Assembly: GCF_020969955.1 (NCBI RefSeq)
Contig: NZ_JAHDSX010000017.1
Location: 1-32,000, forward strand
From: Allobaculum fili
GTDB lineage: Bacteria; Bacillota_I; Bacilli_A; Erysipelotrichales; Erysipelotrichaceae
Length of the DNA: 32,000 nt
Direction of reading: 5' to 3'
Positions 28,997 to 32,000 of the stretch are shown piece by piece (position 1 is the first letter of the stretch; each line of letters starts with the position of its first letter). The notes beneath the pieces are model-generated. The model saw only the letters and a list, made by a program, of their open reading frames with translations. It ran no database searches and had not been told where the DNA came from. The translations under genes were made by a program, and so were the position numbers.

Positions 28997-30442
28997 TCAG
29001 CGCTTGGACTTGATCATGTCGAGCTTGAGGTCAATGAGCTTTTCGGAAAGGTCGACGTAGTAGATCTGCGGGTTGGTGAAGCGCTTGATCTCTTCCCAGA
29101 GCGTTTCCTGCTCTCTGGCACAGTAGTCGCGAATGCCAAGCAGGGACGGCTGGCGGTACACGAGTTCGCCGTTAATGAAAATCGGCACGAGAAGTTCGCG
29201 GATTTCGTACGTGTCCTTTTCGATGACTTTGTTTTTCCACTTGTTCATCGGATGGTAAATCGTCAGATCTTCCGATTCATCGAGCACTTCATCCGAAAGC
29301 GTCATCAGGTCGGCGACCGCTTTGCCGTCTTCCTTGTTGTAAATGCGGTACAGGTTTTTATAGCCCGGGTTGGTGATCTTCTCTTCGTTTTCCGAAATCT
29401 TGATCCGGGGTTCCATAACGCCGTTTTCTTCAATGGCCGCCAGCTTGTACACGCCGCCAAATACCGGCGAGTCCTTGGAGACGATCATGTTTTCACCGAC
29501 GCCGTACGCATCGATCTTGGCCCCCTGACGGTCTACGAGCGATTCAATCAGGTATTCATCGAGCGAGTTGGAAACGACGATGGAGCAGTCCTGCATGCCT
29601 TCTTCATCGAGACGGCGGCGGATTTTCTTAGACAGATACGCCATGTCGCCGGAGTCAATGCGCACGCCTTTGAGGCGATGGCCGTTGGGTTCAAGGTATT
29701 CCTTGGCAACGCGAATAGCGTTTTCCAGACCGGAGCGCAGCGTGTTGTACGTATCGATCAGCAGCGTGCAGCTGTCCGGATACATTTTGGCATACGCCAG
29801 GAAGGCGTCGTATTCGCTGTCAAAGCTCTGCACGAAGGAATGAGCCATCGTGCCAAGGGCGGGAATGCTGAACTGCTTGCCGGCTTCCGTCGTTGCGGTT
29901 CCGGCTACGCCGGCGATATACGCCGCACGTGCGCCCTGAATGGCGGAATCGAAGTTGTGGGCACGGCGGGCTCCAAATTCCATAACCGCCTTGCCTTTGG
30001 CCGCCTGCACAATGCGTCTGGCCTTGGTGGCGATCAGCGTCTGGTGGTTGACCGCAAGAAGGAGCGCGGTTTCGAGCAGCTGGGCTTCAATCAGCGGCGC
30101 CTTGACGCGAATGAGCGGTTCGTACGGGAAGACCGGCGTTCCTTCCGGAATCGCCCAGACATCGCCCGTAAATTTCACCTGAGAAAGGTATTCGAGAAAC
30201 TCTTCCGTAAACTGCCCGCGGCTGCGCAGGTAGTCGATTTCTTCCGGCGAGAAATGCAGATCCTGAATGTATTCGATGACCTGATTCAGTCCGGCGAAGA
30301 TGGCAAAGCCGCCTTTTTCGGGATTGCGTCGATAAAACAGATCAAACACAACTTCTTCGTTTTTGTGCTGATTAAAGTAGACCTGGCTCATGGTGAGTTC
30401 GTAAAAATCCATGACCAGGGTCAGATTTCTTCCATCTTTCAT
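28997..30442 (-). CDS. pncB: Nicotinate phosphoribosyltransferase
   Basis: 481 aa with a typical NAPRTase N-terminus (LVMDFYELTMSQVYF) and a MAHSFVQSF segment. Begins 6 nt after the pncA stop. Confidence 0.94.
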   Translation of the reverse strand: MKDGRNLTLVMDFYELTMSQVYFNQHKNEEVVFDLFYRRNPEKGGFAIFAGLNQVIEYIQDLHFSPEEIDYLRSRGQFTEEFLEYLSQVKFTGDVWAIPEGTPVFPYEPLIRVKAPLIEAQLLETALLLAVNHQTLIATKARRIVQAAKGKAVMEFGARRAHNFDSAIQGARAAYIAGVAGTATTEAGKQFSIPALGTMAHSFVQSFDSEYDAFLAYAKMYPDSCTLLIDTYNTLRSGLENAIRVAKEYLEPNGHRLKGVRIDSGDMAYLSKKIRRRLDEEGMQDCSIVVSNSLDEYLIESLVDRQGAKIDAYGVGENMIVSKDSPVFGGVYKLAAIEENGVMEPRIKISENEEKITNPGYKNLYRIYNKEDGKAVADLMTLSDEVLDESEDLTIYHPMNKWKNKVIEKDTYEIRELLVPIFINGELVYRQPSLLGIRDYCAREQETLWEEIKRFTNPQIYYVDLSEKLIDLKLDMIKSKR

Positions 30443-30448
30443 TTTTCC

Positions 30449-31069
30449 TTATTCCTCTTCAACGGAACCTGCGATGAGAATTCCATTTGCGGCCATCATG
30501 GCCAGCGCGGTTTCGTTCCACTTGGCGGCATCGTGTACATCCGGGATGTGGTACGTTTCCACACAGTCTTCCGGCACGATCACGCGCATGTTTTTTCGAT
30601 TGGTCTGATTGATCCAGCTCTGAAGCGGCAGGGCGAGCTGAAGTACGCAAAGATCGGTGCAGCATCCGGTCACAATCAGATCGGCGCCTTCTTCTGGAAG
30701 GCTTTCGAGCATGGAGGCAAACTGCGGGCTGGCCGCGGCGCTGATGCAGTTTTTATACAGGGTATGCGAAGCCGTTTCAAGATCCTTCAGTTCATCGATC
30801 ACCATGGATTCTTCACTGCCTTCCAGACTGTGCACGGGAAACGACTGAAATTCCGCCGCATCGGGCGTATGCGAATCCCGGATGAACCAGACGGGCGCCT
30901 GAGATTCTTCAATGAGCTTTCGAATCGGTGCGGCAGCCTGCAGAATCGCCGGATCGGCCAGCGCGCCCTCACGGGCGAAGCCGTTAATCATATCGACCAC
31001 AAACACAACGGGATGGTGAAGCGATTCAAGCGATACAGACGATGATTTTGAACGCTGCAGACGAGCCAT
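30449..31069 (-). CDS. pncA: Isochorismatase-family cysteine hydrolase, probable nicotinamidase
   Basis: 206 aa with VVDMINGF (catalytic Asp region) and the nucleophile motif GCCTDLCV. Tightly coupled to pncB. Confidence 0.85.
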   Translation of the reverse strand: MARLQRSKSSSVSLESLHHPVVFVVDMINGFAREGALADPAILQAAAPIRKLIEESQAPVWFIRDSHTPDAAEFQSFPVHSLEGSEESMVIDELKDLETASHTLYKNCISAAASPQFASMLESLPEEGADLIVTGCCTDLCVLQLALPLQSWINQTNRKNMRVIVPEDCVETYHIPDVHDAAKWNETALAMMAANGILIAGSVEEE

Positions 31070-31284
31070 ACTTCAGTTTCCTTTCTTTGGCGGCCTTCTG
31101 CGTCGGTTTGAGGCACAGAAAAAGGGGACACAAAGCGGGCCGCCTGAGTTTGTGCATTATTATACTCTAAATCGTGCCGGCCAATTTCTGAGGTTTCGAT
31201 CTTTTCAATTCGTGCCGTTTTCGTTACGAAATGCCTCGAAACCGGAACGGTCCGCTTTCCTGCAGCACACTGCGGCCCAATAAG

Positions 31285-31328
31285 AAAGGCTCCCCGCGTG
31301 CACAGTACTGTGCAAATGGGGAGCCTTT
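31285..31328. terminator. Strong terminator hairpin with a nested palindrome
   Basis: An 11-bp stem AAAGGCTCCCC / GGGGAGCCTTT encloses the perfect 16-nt palindrome TGCACAGTACTGTGCA. T-rich sequence follows on the minus strand. Confidence 0.65.
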
Positions 31329-31393
31329 TGTATGTCCTGAATTCGAAGAAATCTTTAAAACGCTCTGGATCTCTGGATATGCGTTTGGATCGA

Positions 31394-32000
31394 CTACTTC
31401 AGGGCGTCCAGTGCGTCTTTGCCCGGCTGAAGACGTACAGAAAGCAGAGCGTGGTTGAGCGCGAGGGCCGCGTCGTTAACCGCCTTCTGGCTTTCCTTTT
31501 TGTCCAGAGCCGTTCTGGCTTCGGGCAGAGCTGCCGTTACCGGAGCAACGGTCTTATACGCCTGGGCGTTCTGGAGCAGATCATCGGCTTCGGCGATTGC
31601 CAGTTCGAGCTGGGTCGTATCGATGGCGATGATGGAAGCCACTTTATACGTTTTGGAAACCAAACCGGAATAGTAGCCGTTTCCTTTGAGGGTTACAGTC
31701 ACTTCGTTTGTTTCCGGATTGGCTTCGTAATCGAAGTAGTAGTCGCTTCCGTAATAGAGCGTTTCATTGGCGCTCACGGTGATGTCCTTGTGCAGGTCGG
31801 TCTGACCAAGAACGAACGTATCGTCGATCGTTTCCGGCCAGGTTACGCTAAAGCCTTCAAGCGCTGTCAGATTCCGTTTCGGGAATTCTGTCGCCACGCG
31901 CACTTCGGCTGCCGACATGTCCGTATTGGCTTTGCCACCGTTGGTCATGGTTTCGACACCGATGAAACGAACCGCTTTCGCGGTAACGGTATGGTCGAAT
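31394..32000 (-). CDS. C-terminal part of a large secreted (glycoside-hydrolase-like) protein running off the right edge
   Basis: The frame stays open upstream of the track's Met to position 31999 (FDHTVTAKAVRFIGVETM...). The AVRFIGVE...SAAEVRV pattern resembles the end of a discoidin/F5-8-type-C domain. It is followed by a beta-rich module and a helical FIVAR-like tail. Confidence 0.75.
   Translation of the reverse strand, partial: FDHTVTAKAVRFIGVETMTNGGKANTDMSAAEVRVATEFPKRNLTALEGFSVTWPETIDDTFVLGQTDLHKDITVSANETLYYGSDYYFDYEANPETNEVTVTLKGNGYYSGLVSKTYKVASIIAIDTTQLELAIAEADDLLQNAQAYKTVAPVTAALPEARTALDKKESQKAVNDAALALNHALLSVRLQPGKDALDALK

Noticed and set aside
28895-31045. 716-aa plus-strand ORF
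   Set aside because: Antisense to pncB and pncA, both of which have clear family motifs. Composition is shadow-like (F/R/V/G-rich).

Overview
This is a Firmicutes-type chromosomal segment. Coding regions are about 55-58% GC by hand count, and most genes lie on the minus strand. The backbone is housekeeping. It carries pcrA-ligA-camS-gatCAB, the synteny known from Bacillus and lactic acid bacteria. It also has a metNIQ methionine ABC importer behind a T-box leader whose specifier looks like AUG, a pncA-pncB NAD-salvage pair followed by a UDG-superfamily gene, a SIS-domain protein, a class I SAM methyltransferase, a HAD hydrolase, an alpha/beta hydrolase, and a divergent cell-wall pair (zinc-ribbon/SH3b membrane protein and VanY-type lipoprotein). 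Three less ordinary stretches stand out. (1) At 16.9-22.1 kb a gene decayed by several lesions converges on a roughly 1150-aa multidomain surface protein whose signal peptide sits in a different reading frame from the body. (2) At 25.5-27.2 kb there is an ORF-poor island that drops to about 29% GC. It holds helically phased ATTAAG repeats, ATGCCATAT inverted repeats, a 9-mer repeated five times, a duplicated 35-nt leader segment and only one plausible small gene. (3) An orphan acidic 391-aa protein lies at 11.5-12.7 kb. I found no CRISPR array, rRNA, tRNA, transposase or recognisable defence or toxin gene. Nothing here can be called a new system from sequence alone. The low-GC island is the best candidate for a second look. 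The many long plus-strand ORFs in the track are antisense shadows of minus-strand genes.
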